Assembly: GCA_032718475.1 (NCBI GenBank) | Contig: JAUCBJ010001578.1 | Location: forward strand, 1 to 64,000 | DNA length: 64,000 nt | Source: Nemertoderma westbladi | Lineage: Eukaryota > Animalia > Xenacoelomorpha | Reading direction: 5' to 3' | Shown here: positions 11,551-25,026 of the stretch, one piece after another | Layout of the letters: every line of letters begins with the position of its first letter | Numbering within the stretch: position 1 is the stretch's first letter | Translations under genes and position numbers: made by a program | Notes under the pieces: generated by a model | What the model was told of the DNA's origin: nothing | The model's input: only the letters and a program-made list of their open reading frames with translations | The model's database searches: none

Positions 11551-12704
11551 TCTTTCTTTACTTGTTCTTCTCGGACTCTAGTGAGGCGGAGTTTTTCATC
11601 ACATTCAGCTTGGTTTGCAGCTAACATTTCGGCATCGATTGAGTCCAACACAAGCTTAGTTCCTTCACTATTAGGGGAAAGTCCAGACAGCCGTCTCCTC
11701 AACTCTTCGTCTCCTAGGAAACGCTGATAGTCGGACAAATAAATGTCGATAGCGTCTCTAGTTCGCGGTTTCTCGGTGGTCTCTTCGCTTTCTGCTTGAG
11801 AAAGGGTGACATCAGTTTGTTCTTCATAGGTCGATCTCTCAGCCAGCTGGGATTTCCACTGGGCCGTTTCCTGTACTTTGAGACCTACCCGATGTAACCA
11901 GGTTTTGACAGCAACCTGCAGCGACGTGTCCTGTCTTCTTTTGGAAGTTTCCTCAAAGGCTGAGAGGATTAGTCGAATGCGTAGGGTTCTTTCGCGTACT
12001 TGGTATAGCAGCTCTTCCTGCTCTTGAGGTCCTTGAGGTTGTCGAAACAGTTGTTCTTCCAATCGCTCCAAGGAGCCGAAGAATCCCTGCACATATCCTG
12101 CTGCCGACCTCTTCCAAACAGCTGGATCCATTGTATCTTTAGCCACTCCCATCCTGTGTATATCTTCCCAAGTAGCCTCGGACAGATCCAACGGGAGTCC
12201 GAGTCCGGGAAAGTTCCATTGTGATTCAACAATAGATATCAACTCTTCCCTGGCGTATCCCGCGTAATTATCTTGGGTCGCTCGCTTATTCCTCGCCCAG
12301 TCAGCTTGATGTTCCTCCACCGCAATGAATATGGTAGTTAACACTGCAGCAGGAAGGGTGAGAAGGGGGTCCGAATAGACTGTAGTAGTCATCTGCACTC
12401 CACGTTCGGGGGTGAGCTCTACAGTATCTGAACTACTGGAGCTATCGGTTCGTTGGGAACTAGGTTCGTGACCAAGATGTTGCTGCGATAGGACAGCTGC
12501 CTCTTGGTTCCGTTTGACCTGGGCCCGAGTGCCTATGATGGACCTATGGTGGATTAGCCTAGGGTCTGATACTACTGGAGGGATGACCTTTCTTACAGTA
12601 GGAGGTGAACTGAACTCTTCTCTTAATCGCTCTACACTCCTATCTGTGTCACAGATGGTTGTATCGATTAGACTGTCTGACAGATTTTTCTGAGTGTCAG
12701 ACAT
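11316..12704 (-). CDS. N-terminal part of the same Gag ORF (coiled coil, AEAERK repeats), separated by a 1-bp frameshift near 11400
   Basis: The AEAERKA repeat switches frame at gcg^cagtg. Adding one G gives a single 12704-8089 ORF of ~1538 aa. Confidence 0.75.
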   Translation of the reverse strand: MSDTQKNLSDSLIDTTICDTDRSVERLREEFSSPPTVRKVIPPVVSDPRLIHHRSIIGTRAQVKRNQEAAVLSQQHLGHEPSSQRTDSSSSSDTVELTPERGVQMTTTVYSDPLLTLPAAVLTTIFIAVEEHQADWARNKRATQDNYAGYAREELISIVESQWNFPGLGLPLDLSEATWEDIHRMGVAKDTMDPAVWKRSAAGYVQGFFGSLERLEEQLFRQPQGPQEQEELLYQVRERTLRIRLILSAFEETSKRRQDTSLQVAVKTWLHRVGLKVQETAQWKSQLAERSTYEEQTDVTLSQAESEETTEKPRTRDAIDIYLSDYQRFLGDEELRRRLSGLSPNSEGTKLVLDSIDAEMLAANQAECDEKLRLTRVREEQVKKEWIEKRKVAAAEAAKAEAERKSAKAEAERKSAEAKAEAERKAAEAEAERKAQWQKQNGELLRRLSNWSWKICKRRKTV

Positions 12705-14070
12705 GTTTAGCTATACAGTTGAATGCCTACTGCTATAGTTACAGTTAAAGCAAGTCTAGGAATTCAGTATAACCGTTGGCCTAGTACCGGTAATTTATTG
12801 CAGTATATTAGAATACCGGTACACACTTATAGTATATATAAGTATTGTAAACTAGGTTTGTCACAGAGTACCGGTATATAAATTTAGCACAAATATATAA
12901 ATATATAATAGGCCTATCGTGAATACCGGTATACAGCTCACACTTATAGTATATATAAGTATAATTATGAATTAGAATTAATTACAGAGTACCGGTATGA
13001 TTTCAGCTCAAATTTATTGAAATAAATATAACAAGCCTACTGTAAATACCGGTATGTCAATTATTTTAGAATAATTGAATTTCTGAATATTTTAGGGTTA
13101 CTTGGTTACTTGAACTTACTTTGTTACCGTTATTTAAGCAGTAGTCCAACTGATTTTGAGACCTAGTTGTTGTATGGCAGGCCTACTATTTATAAATCGT
13201 TTGAGTTGATTTATAATAGATATATACCCGTTAAAAAGGGGTTTTGTCAATATTTGAAATAAATGTTATTATTTCTGGGGGAGTCACTACACAGAAGCTG
13301 TGCGCTCTCAGTGAAGTGCTATTTATTTGACACTAAAACTGATAATTCTAATTTACCTAAGTTACTTAATACTACAAATTACTTACGATATGGGTGAGAT
13401 TAAATCTCTAATTAAACACAACAAAAATATTACGTACGAATTTTTAAGGTAATTTTACAGGGAAAACTACAAACCAGCCTAACAAAGGGTTAGAATTCTG
13501 GTTATTACAACGGACAGGGTACTACGGTATTTAAAATAATAAGTAGTAGTAAATATATTGCACTGTCCATAAGAAATACTGCACATAAAAGAACTGCACA
13601 TAAGAAATACCACCGCCTGACGACCTATAACCGTATCGCTATAGGTTCTACGTTATGTATCACGGAGTGTTCCTACCCAGAAGTTAATAGAGCTAACGAA
13701 TGTGCCTATCAACCACTTTACAACACAAATATACTGCCTACACACTAATTACTTCGGAAAGCACTGTACACTAAACCCTAAATTAGGTACAAGTACTGGT
13801 ACAACCAATAATCAGTAGTTAAATATACTTGAACAGTTAAAAGAACCACGGCATCTGCTGGAGTGACCAGAGCACAAAGTCACCAGTCTTGTCCTACGCC
13901 AAGCAGCCCGTGTAGTACCGGGGTTAATTTAACTATAACGGTATGTATAACAAGCACAATTACTGTAGGAATAAACTTGGGGACATGAATGTTGCGAATA
14001 ATCGCATAAACTCTGAATAATAAATATTACGCTACCCGTACAGAATACTCAAACAAATACAAACCAAACG

Positions 14071-14581
14071 CTGGCAGACTACTATCAAGCCCAAATAAAC
14101 TACCGTACGTGTAGATTCTGAAATGGTTAGTTAGTATGCGTTCTAACACGGTAGTACGACTTATTCTTTAAGAGGGGATTGACCTTACAGCATATGGCTG
14201 CCCCAACTTACTAACCGCACTTTATCAGACAAACTCCACACACGCAGCAATCCCTCTAGACCTAAGAATAGCTAGACAACAATCCAGCCTACAAATATCT
14301 GAGTAATAACTATTACGGTACCTGAACAGACCACACAAACAAACACAGGCTAAAACACTGGCAGACTACTATCAAGCCTAAATAAACTACAGTATATGCA
14401 GATTCTGAAATAGTTAGTTAGTATGCGTTCTAACACGGTAGTACAACTTATTCTTTAAGAGGGGATTGACCTTACAGCATATGGCTGCCCCAACTTACTA
14501 ACGGCACTTTATCAGACAAACTCTACACACGCCGTAATCTCTCCAAACTCAACAACAGTCAGACAGCAGCTCAGCCTACAA
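14071..14581. repeat. Tandem duplication (period ~287 bp) in the 5' leader of the LTR element
   Basis: ctggcagactactatcaagcc...cagcctacaa occurs at 14071 and 14358. Confidence 0.85.
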
Positions 14582-14861
14582 TTATCCGAACAATCTGAGC
14601 AGGGTCACACGCCTTCTGCTCAATATTAGCCTACTAGTAAATAAAACCGACAGAAATAAGTAGAATCTCAATAAAAATTCAGGGCTGCAGTCCCTGATTA
14701 AGTACTAAGACCTACCGGTATACACTAATCAAATTCGAATAATACTAATGTACTGATACAGCAGTACCGGTACCGGTGATGACAGTTGGGCCTACTGACC
14801 TACAGAAGTACCGGTACTTTGCAACCTTATTGCTTACTGCAATAAGATCAATAACTGTTAC

Positions 14862-15906
14862 TGTTTGCGCTTTTGAAGACCTTTAGCAGTTTAACCCGCC
14901 AAAATTTATATGTCTTTTAGTTAATTAAAACACCTTTAGCATACGACAATATTTTATGCTAATAAACAAAACATTAGCCGAAGTCAGCCCATGCGCGATC
15001 ATTCACCCGATGGATCTACACCCGGGAGGCTGAATTCGGATGCTTAAATTTTATTATTGCAGTGTAAGGTTGCAGTGTAAACCTACTGTATTATTCGATA
15101 GATCGTTAATAATTAATTTCTGACAGATATTATTGGCTTTCGGGAAATATTAACAGTTCCTTTAGGACGTGGCGCTCTATCTATTTAAACAGAGCTAGGA
15201 CTTATACCAAACGCAACAATAATGCTTATAATTAAAGTATAAAGCGCATTCTTTAGGAAATGCTTTGTTACCAATCACAATCATGCACACTATTCTGCCG
15301 ACCGTCAGTAAATTTGATCACACATAAAAAGAACAGCAATTGACTCAGGTAGTGTCTACTAAATATCATTAGATTCAATACACACCACATGGATATAAAT
15401 CGCAATTGTAATATATAGCCCGTCTCTCTAACCTGTAGTGTATCAAGATTAGTTTAGGTAACAGTTTATACTTTCGATAATTTAAGCAGTTTTACTGGAG
15501 TTCTTCCCAAAAGCCGGTGTTATGGCGAAAAATGGGAACACAACAACAGAATCATATGACTAGCTACTCTCCAAGGATACCAACTACCCTTATTCCACGA
15601 AGCTCCCGTTCAACACAGAGGATGAGCAGTGAGATAGGATATTTCAGTTCAGTAGCTCTGGGATAGATCGAAATCAACGCCCACTCAAATTCTATTGGCC
15701 GATAAGGACAGCAGGGCTGAGGCAACCTCCCTAAGCTGGTTGGCCGATTAAACGGAGCCCAGATACTTCCGTACAGCACATCAGCCAATAAGCTGGTAGC
15801 TTACACTATTCTAGCTGGGTATCCCTTTTAGAGTATTCAGCGACAAGGGGGGGGGGGAACTGGCCAGCAAGGCACACGGATCAGTTATCCCACAAAAGCT
15901 TTTACA
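14862..15906 (-). repeat. 5' LTR (1045 bp)
   Basis: Direct repeat of 3939-5140 with TG...CA ends, followed by the TSD CAGAC. Confidence 0.95.
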
Positions 15907-18324
15907 CAGACGGCGCTGCAGTTTGGTAAAGATGGGGTTTATGGTGAAGTAAAATGCCTGCCTTTCAAGTTTCAGCTTAAACAGATTGTAAATAACAAAA
16001 TTGGTGTAGATGTTCACATTCAGACATTTCACCCTCTAGCGGTAGACTGAAGAACTGTAGACGACTCTGGGACTCCGTAAAGATACAGAATATGCTGTAG
16101 TAGATTCCTGCCAAGTTCCAGCTCAATAGGATTAAAAAGAACCAAATGGGATGAGGTGTTCACTATCAGATATGTCGCCCTCTAGCGGCAGATGGGGGGA
16201 CTGTATACAACTCTGTGACTCCGTAAAGGTACAGCCTATGCTGTAGTAGATGCCTACCAAGTTTCAGTCTAAACCGTTAGTAAATAACAAAGTTGGAGAA
16301 GATGTTAACTTTCAGACATTTCACCCTCTAGCGGTAGACTGGGGAAGTGAATAGGATTCTGCAACCCCATAAAGATACAGCCTATGATGTAGTAGATACC
16401 TGCCAAGTTTCAGCTCAAAATGATTAAAAAGAACCAAATGGGATGAGATTTTCACTATCAGAAAATTCCCCCTCTAGCGGCTGACTGTGGAACTGTAGAC
16501 GACTCTACTACTCCGCAAAGATACAGCCTATGCTATAGTAGATGTCTACCAAGTTTCAGTCTAAAAGGATTGTAAATAACAAAGTTGGAGGAGATGTTAA
16601 CTTTCATACATTTCGCCCTCTAGCGGCAGACGCGGGTAATGTAGACAACTCTGCGCGACTCAGTAAAGATATAGCCTATGCTGTAGTAGATGCCTACCAA
16701 GTTCAGTCTAAATGGATTATAAATAACAAAGTTGGAGAAGGTGGTAACTTTCAGACATTTCACCCTCTAGCGGTAGACTGGGGAAGTGTATAGGACTCTG
16801 CATCTCCGTAAAGATAGAGCCTAGGATGTAGTAGATACCTGCCAAGTTTCAGCTCAAAAGGATTAAAAAGAACCAAATGGGATGAGGTTTTCACTATCAG
16901 ACAATTCGCCCTCTTGCGGCTGACTGTGGAACTGTAGACGACTCTACTACTCCGCAAAGATATAGCCTATGCGATAGTAGATGCCTACCAAGTTTCAGTC
17001 TAAAAGGTTTGTAAATAACAAAGTTGGAGAAGATGTTAACTTTCATACATTTCGCCCTCTAGCGGCAGACGCGGGTACTGTAGACAACTCTGCGCGACTC
17101 AGTAAAGATATAGCCTATGCTGTAGTAGATGCCTACCAAGTTCAGTCTAAATGGATTATAAATAACAAAGTTGGAGAAGATGTTAACTTGCAGACATTTC
17201 GCCCTCTAGCGGTAGACTGGGAAATTGTAGACGACTCTGCGACTCAGTAAAGATTCAGCCTATGCTCTAGTAGATGCCTACCAAGTTTCAGTCAAAACAG
17301 ATTGTAAATAATAAAGTTGGAGAAGATGTTAACTCTCAGACATTTAGCCCTCTAACGGTAGACTGGGGAACTGTAGACAACCCAGTGACTCCGGAAATAT
17401 ACAGCCTATGCTGCAGTATATAGCTACCACGTTTCAGCTCAAAAGCATTAAAAACAACCCTATAAGATCAGGTTTTCACTATCGGATAATTCGCCCTCTA
17501 GCGGCAGACGGTGGAACTTCAGATGGCTCTGAGTATTACGTTGCAACGAGTTAGGGCGAGACCTATCTAACGAGCTATAGTAAGCGAGATTTCATCGAGA
17601 TTAGATGTATAATATTAGACAAAATAATAATACAGTAAGTATAGGCCTACAGAAATAATTATTTTACTTTTAATATTCATAACAGTAAAACAAAAATGTT
17701 ATAAACCTCTCCTTCCATGCAGCCAATGATTGAGAAAGCAGAATTACTCTGAGCAATTCGCAACAGACAACCCAAACCCACCCCAATCAACACTCCAGCC
17801 TGCTTGCTCCTTATCTGTGCCCAGCCAGCTAGCTGCGAGTTCAATAATTACCTTAACGTTGCTATGATACAGAAAACAATCCTTCCCTATTCAATAACTA
17901 TAGGCCAATTCGATCCTGCTTGGCGAATATGACATATTTATACACTATTTGATTTTTAATCAATAAATAATCATACATATTTATATTAAACACTCGAATA
18001 AAATAAAAACTTTGTGAGAATGGGACACAGCGAATCTACCCATGTTAATTTTATACCAGGTGGGATAAATGTTAGCCCTCTAAATCATTAATTACTGATA
18101 GAAGAACCGAAATAATTCGATAAATTTCGCCCGAAAATCACGAAAATCGCCCTCTAGCGGCAGACGGGCGAACTTCAGACGGCTCTGAGTATTACGTTGC
18201 AACGAGTTAGGGCGAGACCTTTCTAACGAGCTATAGCACGCGAGATTTCATCGAGATGGGTTCGATTGTATAGCCGATGACAAACACACAGACAGACAGA
18301 CAATTGATATTTATATATATTAGA

Positions 18325-19983
18325 CTAGAAAGCCCGTGGCCTTCGGCCACGGCTTTCTAGTTCACAAGCTTCTATACAATCAATCAATCAATGGACAATA
18401 TCAAACATAAATAAATTAATTAATTAACTTAACAAAACTTTACATACGACTAACAGACTGATCCCGTTTTAGTTGCAGCTACATACAATAATAAACATAA
18501 GGCTTTATGTTGTAGTAGATACCTTCCAAGTAACACCTCCAATGGATTACAAATAATAAAATGTGAAAAGGTTTAAACTGTGTGTAATATTTTCCCCTTA
18601 GTGGAAAACTGTATAACTGCAGAGTAGTGGTTAGCGTCCTCGCAAACATAATCTATAGTGCAGTAGGTCACTGCAGCAACTCTATCGTATTAAAATGGAA
18701 GGTTTTAATTTCATACATTTCGCCCCCTAGTGGCAGACTGCATAATTATGCACTGGTTAGCGTCCTCCCCAAACATGACGACTATGGTGTAGTAGTCCTC
18801 TGCCAAGTGCCAAGTATCAGCAAAAAAGCATTCATAAACAACAAAATTGTAGGTTTCCTCATTCAGACATTTCATCACCTAATAGCGGCAGAATGGGGAA
18901 CTGTAGATTAGTCATCGTCTCCCCAAGCCCAAATACACACCCTACGGTGTAGTATACTCTGCTTGGTATCAGCAAAAAACATTATAAACATATTGTGTAA
19001 AGGACCTAAGTATCAGCTAAAAATCATTATTAATAACAAAATAGGATAAGATTTTCACTTTCAGACATTTCGCCTCCTAGTGGCAGACTGAAGAACCGCA
19101 AACTGGTCGGCGTCCTCCCAACACGCAGCTATGGTCAGGTAGAATTTATTCTGCAAAGTGTCAGCAGAGTGGTTACGAATTACGATGATGCAATAACTGC
19201 TGTTACAATTTCCTGCTTGCTGATCAGTAATTTCTCCGATAACAAAACAACTGCAGAATAATGCAATTTTACCTCAAAGACGCATTCATGCAAGTATCAA
19301 GTAAATGTGTAAAAAATCAGCCTCGAGATAGCCTTTACAATTCATGTTCACGGGCTGAGGATGGTCTGCATTATATAGGTGCACGCACATGATAGAGTCA
19401 AGATCCAACTTGTAGGATGACGGACTGACGACCTGCTAGGCCTACCTCGCTAGCACCCATCCGGTACATTGCAAAAATGAATAATTGAATCATTTTGTGT
19501 TTATGATTATAAACAATATGTGAACTGAAAAAAAGCTAATCTAAGATTTACTGCTTGTTCTTACCAATGTAAGTCAAGAACCAATCACAGTAGATCCACT
19601 CCACTCTCCTGCTGGGTCCTATTTATTGAGATTACTACTTAACCAACCCAGCCTGCTGCAGGCCACCTATGATTGGTCTGCAAGTAGCTAGCTGCCTTGC
19701 TAACTAACTCTCAGCTTTGCCAGGCCTGTACTGCCAAAAGGAATATTCGAATCACTTTGAGATTTTATCACACAACATGTTGCAGCGAATACAAAATACG
19801 CATTCACGCAAGCATACGCGTAAAATAAGCCTCGAGATAGCGATAGTTTACGTGCTCGGGACGAGAGCTTTCGATCGATGTATCATTCGCTCAGATTGGT
19901 GCTCGTGTGTCGGAGTGTATAGCTTGGACAGACTCACAGACTCACAGACTCACAGACAGACAGAGGATATTTATATATATAGA
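18325..19983 (-). mobile_element. Family-B non-autonomous Helitron
   Basis: CTAG plus variant hairpin (cccgtggccttcggccacgg), diverged ~147-bp repeats, and a 5' end TCTATATATATAAATATC with microsatellite. Confidence 0.85.
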
Positions 19984-22150
19984 CTAGAAAGCCTGTGGCC
20001 CTTCGGGCCACAGCTTTCTAGTGCACGTGCAGATGATATATGAATATGTGTGGGAGATTGGAGAACTGCATACGGAACAGACACCATCATTAAATAAAAC
20101 ACCACCCCCATAAGAGATAACTGTCAAGTTTCAACTTTAGTCAGATTGTAAATAACAAAATTTCCAGAAAATGATCACTTTCAGATCCACCCTCTACCTG
20201 CGGACTGGTGAATGCAGACGGCGCTGCAGTTTGGTAAAGATGGGGTTTATGGAGAAGTAAAATGCCTGCCTTTCAAGTTTCAGCTTAAACAGATTGTAAA
20301 TAACAAAATTGGTGTAGATGTTCACATTCAGACTTCTAGCGGTAGACTGAAGAACTGTAGACGACTCTGGGACTCCGTAAAGATACAGAATATGCTGTAG
20401 TACATTCCTGCCAAGTTTCAGCTCAAAGGGATTAAAAAGAACCAATTGGGATGAGGTGTTCACTATCAGACAATTCGCCCTCTAGCGGCAGATAGGGGAA
20501 CTGTATACAACTCTGCGACTCCATAAAGGTAGAGCCTATGCTGTAGTAGATGCCTACCAAGTTTCAGTCTAAACCGTTTGTAAATAACAAAGTTGGAGAA
20601 GATGTTAACTTTCAGACATTTCACCCTCTAGCGGTAGACTGGGGAAGTGTATAGGACTCTGCAACTCCGTAAAGATAGAGCCTAGGATGTAGTAGATACC
20701 TGCCAAGTTTCAGCTCAAAAGGATTAAAAAGAACCAAATGGGATGAGGTTTTCACTATCAGACAATTCGCCCTCTAGCGGATGACTGTGGAACTGTAGAC
20801 GACTCTACTACTCCGCAAAGATATAGCCTATGCTATAGTATAGGCCTAAGTTTCAGTCTAAAAGGATTGTAAATAACAAAGTTGGATGAGATGTTAACTT
20901 TCATACATTTCGCCCTCTAGCGGCAGACGCGGGTAATGTAGACAACTCTGCGCGACTCAGTAAAGATATAGCCTATGCTGTAGTAGATGCCTACCAAGTT
21001 CAGTCTAAATGGATTATAAATAACAAAGTTGGAGAAGATGTTAACTTTCAGACATTTCGCCCTCTAGCGGTAGACTGGGGAATTGTAGACGACTCTGCGA
21101 CTCAGTAAAGATACAGCCTTTGCTGTAGTAGATGCCTACCAAGTTTCAGTCTAAACGGATTGTAAATAACAAAGTTGGAAAAGATGTTAACTCTCAGACA
21201 TTTAGCCCTCTAACGGTAGACTGGGGAACTGTGGACAACTCAGTGACTCCAGAATTATAAAGCCTATGCTGCTGCTGCAGTATATAGCAACCAAGTTTCA
21301 GCTCAAAAGCATTAAAAACAACCCAATGAGATCAGATTTTCAGTATCGGACAATTCGCCCTCTAGCAGCAGACGGGGGAACTTCAGATGGCTCTGAGTAT
21401 TACGTTGCAACGAGTTAGGGCGAGACCTATCTAACGAGCTATAGTAAGCGAGATTTCATCGAGATTAGATGTATAATATTAGATAAAATAATAATACAGT
21501 AAGTACAGGCGTAGAGAATAATTATTTTACTTTTAATATTCATAACAGTAAAACAAAAATGTTATAAACCTCTCCTTCCATGCAGCCAATGATTGAGAAA
21601 GCAGAATTACTCTGAGCAATTCGCAATAGACAACCCAAACCCACCCCAATCAACACTCCAGCCTGCTTGCTCCTTATCTGTGCCCAGCCAGCTAGTTGCG
21701 AGTTCAATAATTACCTTAACGTTGCTATGATACAGAAAACAATCCTTCCCTATTCAATACCAATAGGCCAATTCGATCGTGCTTGGCGAATATGACATAT
21801 TTATACACTATTTGATTTTTAATCAATAAATAATCATACATATTTATATTAAACACTCGAATAAAATAAAAACTGTGTGAGAATGGGACACGGCGAATCT
21901 ACCCATGTTAATTTTATACCAGGTGGGATAAATGTTAGCCCTCTAAATCATTAATTACCGATAGAAGAACCGAAATAATTCGATAAATTTCGCCCGAAAA
22001 TCACGAAAATCGCCCTCTAGCGGCAGACGGGTGAACTTCAGACAACTCTGAGTATTACGTTGCAACGAGTTAGAGCGAGACCTTTCTAACGAGCTATAGC
22101 AAGCGAGATTTCATCGAGATGGGTTCGATTGTATAGCCGATGACAAACAC

Positions 22151-22206
<56 letters not shown>

Positions 22207-22227
22207 TCGATATTTATATATATTAGA
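19984..22227 (-). mobile_element. Family-A Helitron, full length
   Basis: Both termini are present, with 146-bp repeats and a long (CAGA)n near the 5' end. Confidence 0.9.
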
Positions 22228-22833
22228 TAACAGTAAAACAAAAATGTTATAAACCTCTCCTTCCATGCAGCCAATGATTGAGAAAGCAGAATTACACTTG
22301 AGCAGTTCGCAACAGACAACCCAAACCCACCCCAATCAACACTCCAGCCTGGCTTGCTCCTTATCTGTGCCCAGCTAGCTGCGAGTTCAATAATTACCTT
22401 AACGTTGCTATGATACAGAAAACAATCCTTCCCTATTCAATAACTATAAGCCAATTCGATCCTGCTTGGCGAATATGACATATTTATACACTATTTGATT
22501 TTTAATCAATAAATAATCATACATATTTATATTAAACACTCGAATAAAATAAAAACATTGTGAGAATGGGACACGGCAAATCTACCCATGTTAATTTTAT
22601 ACCAGGTGGGATAAATGTTAGCCCTCTAAATCATTAATTACCGATAGAAGAGCCGAAATAAATCGATAAATTTCGCCCGAAAATCACGAAAATCGCCCTC
22701 TAGCGGCAGACGGGCGAACTTGAGACGGCTCTGAGTATTACGTTGCAACGAGTTAGGGCGAGACCTTTCTAACGAGCTATAGCAAGCGAGATTTCATCGA
22801 GATGGGTTCGATTGTATAGCCGATGACAAACAC

Positions 22834-22869
<36 letters not shown>

Positions 22870-22890
22870 TCGATATTTATATATATTAGA
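22228..22890 (-). mobile_element. Family-A 5' segment (continuation of 2130-3701)
   Basis: Starts at taacagtaaaac, exactly where 2130-3701 stopped, and ends in the TC terminus. Confidence 0.85.
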
Positions 22891-25026
22891 CTAGAAAGCC
22901 CGTGGCCCTTCGGGCCACGGCTTTCTAGTTCACAAGCCTATTTTATTCACCTTTCCAAAGATTAGATTAATTAATTAACTTAACTTAACAAAACGTCACA
23001 AAATTGAGTGTTCTCTCAAACAAAAGGACTGAAGCTGTTTTACTTTTCAAATATCTACATACTACGTACAACATAAGGCTTAGGTTGTATAAAGTAGATA
23101 AATACCTGCCAAGTATCATTTCCAAAGGATTACAAATAGTAAAAATATGCAAGAAGGTTAAACTGTAGAACTGCAGGTGGTTATCATCCTCATAAACACA
23201 ACCTATAGTTTATTTAGTTTAGTAGGTAGTGCACAGTACTTTTAGATCGCTGCCAATAATAAACTCTAAAGAATTTAAATGGGAGAAGGATTTCACTTTC
23301 AGACAATTCGTCCCCTAGTGGCGGACTGGAGAACTGCAGACTGGTCAACGTCCTTCCCAAAGACGCAGCTTATGATGTAGTACAGTAGACCTCTGCCAAG
23401 TATCAGCTTAAAAGCATTTTTAATAAATAAATGTGAGAATGTTTTCACTTTTCAGACATTTCGCACCCTCTAGCAGTATACAGGAGAACTGCAGACTGGT
23501 TAGCATCCGCCCCAAACACACAGCCTATGGTGTAGTATACCTTTCCCAAGTATAAAAAAAAAGCATTAGAAACAACGAAATGGGAGAAGGTTTTCATTTC
23601 AGACATTTCACCCTCTAGCGGCAGACTGAGGAATTGCAGATTGGTCAGAGTTGTCCACAAAAACGCAGTCTATGGTGTAGTAGACCTCTGCAAAGTATCA
23701 GCATAAAAGCATTATTAATAACGAAATGGGTGAAGGTTTTCACTTTCAGACATTGCGCCCCCTAGTTGCAGACAGAAGAATTGCAGATTGGTCTGAGTTC
23801 TCCACAAACACGCAGCCTATGGTGTTGTAGACCTCTGCCAAGTATCAGCCTAAAAGTATTATAAACAACGAAATGGTGTAAGGTTTTCACTTTCAGATAT
23901 TTCACCCCCTAGCGGCCGAATGGAGAACTGCAGGTAGTTGGGCGTCCTCCACAGACACACACCATATGGTGTAATACACATCTGCCAAGTGTCAGCCTAA
24001 AAGCATTATTAATAACGAAATGGGTGAAGGTTTTCACTTTCAGACATTGCGCCCCCTAGTTGCAGACAGAAGAATTGCAGATTGGTCTGAGTTCTCCACA
24101 AACACGCAGCCTATGGTGTTGTAGACCTCTGCCAAGTATCAGCCTAAAAGTATTATAAACAACGAAATGGTATAAGGTTTTCACTTTCAGATATTTCACC
24201 CCCTAGCGGCCGAATGGAGAACTGCAGGTAGTTGGGCGTCCTCCACAGACACACACCATATGGTGTAATACACATCTGCCAAGTGTCAGCCTAAAAGCAT
24301 TATTAATAACGAAATGGGATAAGGTTTTCACTTTCAGACATTTGGCCCCCTAGCGGTAGACTGGAGAAATGCAGACTGATTCTAGCTCCTCCCCAAACAC
24401 GCTGTATGGTGTAGTAGACCTCTGCCAAGTATCAGCAAAAAAGCATTATAAACAAAGAAATGGGATAAGGTTTTCACTTTCAGATATTTCTCCCCCTAGC
24501 GGCAGACTGGGGAATTGCAGATTGGTCAGCATCCTCCCCAAACACACAGCCTATGGTGTAGAAGACCTCTGCCATGTATCAGCTAAAAGGCTTTAATAAT
24601 AACGAAATGGGAGATGTTTTCAGTTTCGGATATTTCGCCCCCTAGCGGCAGACTGGAGAACTGCAGATTGATCAGTGTCCTCCCAAACACACAGTCTATG
24701 GTCGGGAACAGATCTGCAAAGTATCATTTAGAACAGATTAAGTCTGGTATCAAAAAGTAGCCTAATAGTCGGACCCAACATGTAGAGTGACAGAATGAAC
24801 TGCTAGGCCTACTGCGCTACCGGTACCAAATTCACGAAATCTGCATTCACGCAAACAAACGCGTAAAATAAGACTCGAGATAGCGACAGTGCACGTGCTC
24901 GTGACGAGAGCTTTCGTTCGATGTATCGCGAGCTCCGATTGGTGCTTGTGTGTAGAAACGTATAGCTTGGACAGACAAACAAACAGACAGACAGACAGAC
25001 AGACACATGATATTTATATATATAGA
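22891..25026 (-). mobile_element. Family-B non-autonomous Helitron
   Basis: B-type hairpin and CTAG end, about ten ~147-bp repeats including a near-exact ~294-bp duplication, and a TC 5' end. Confidence 0.85.

Larger units (their letters stand above)
3939..15906 (-). mobile_element. Bel/Pao LTR retrotransposon, non-autonomous (Gag-PR, lacking RT and integrase core)
   Basis: Two direct LTRs with TG...CA ends, a 5-bp TSD CAGAC (3934-3938 and 15907-15911), Bel/Pao-type Gag with three zinc knuckles, and the protease motif LLDSGS. Confidence 0.95.
3702..18324 (-). mobile_element. Family-A Helitron interrupted by an LTR retrotransposon
   Basis: CTAG/hairpin end at 3702 and TC 5' end at 18324. Joining 3702-3938 to 15912-18324 restores the A consensus (gaaatgcagac|ggcgctgcag). 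Confidence 0.9.

Noticed and set aside
8512-12224. Plus-strand ORFs such as 11194-11727
   Set aside because: Antisense shadows of the gag reading frame.
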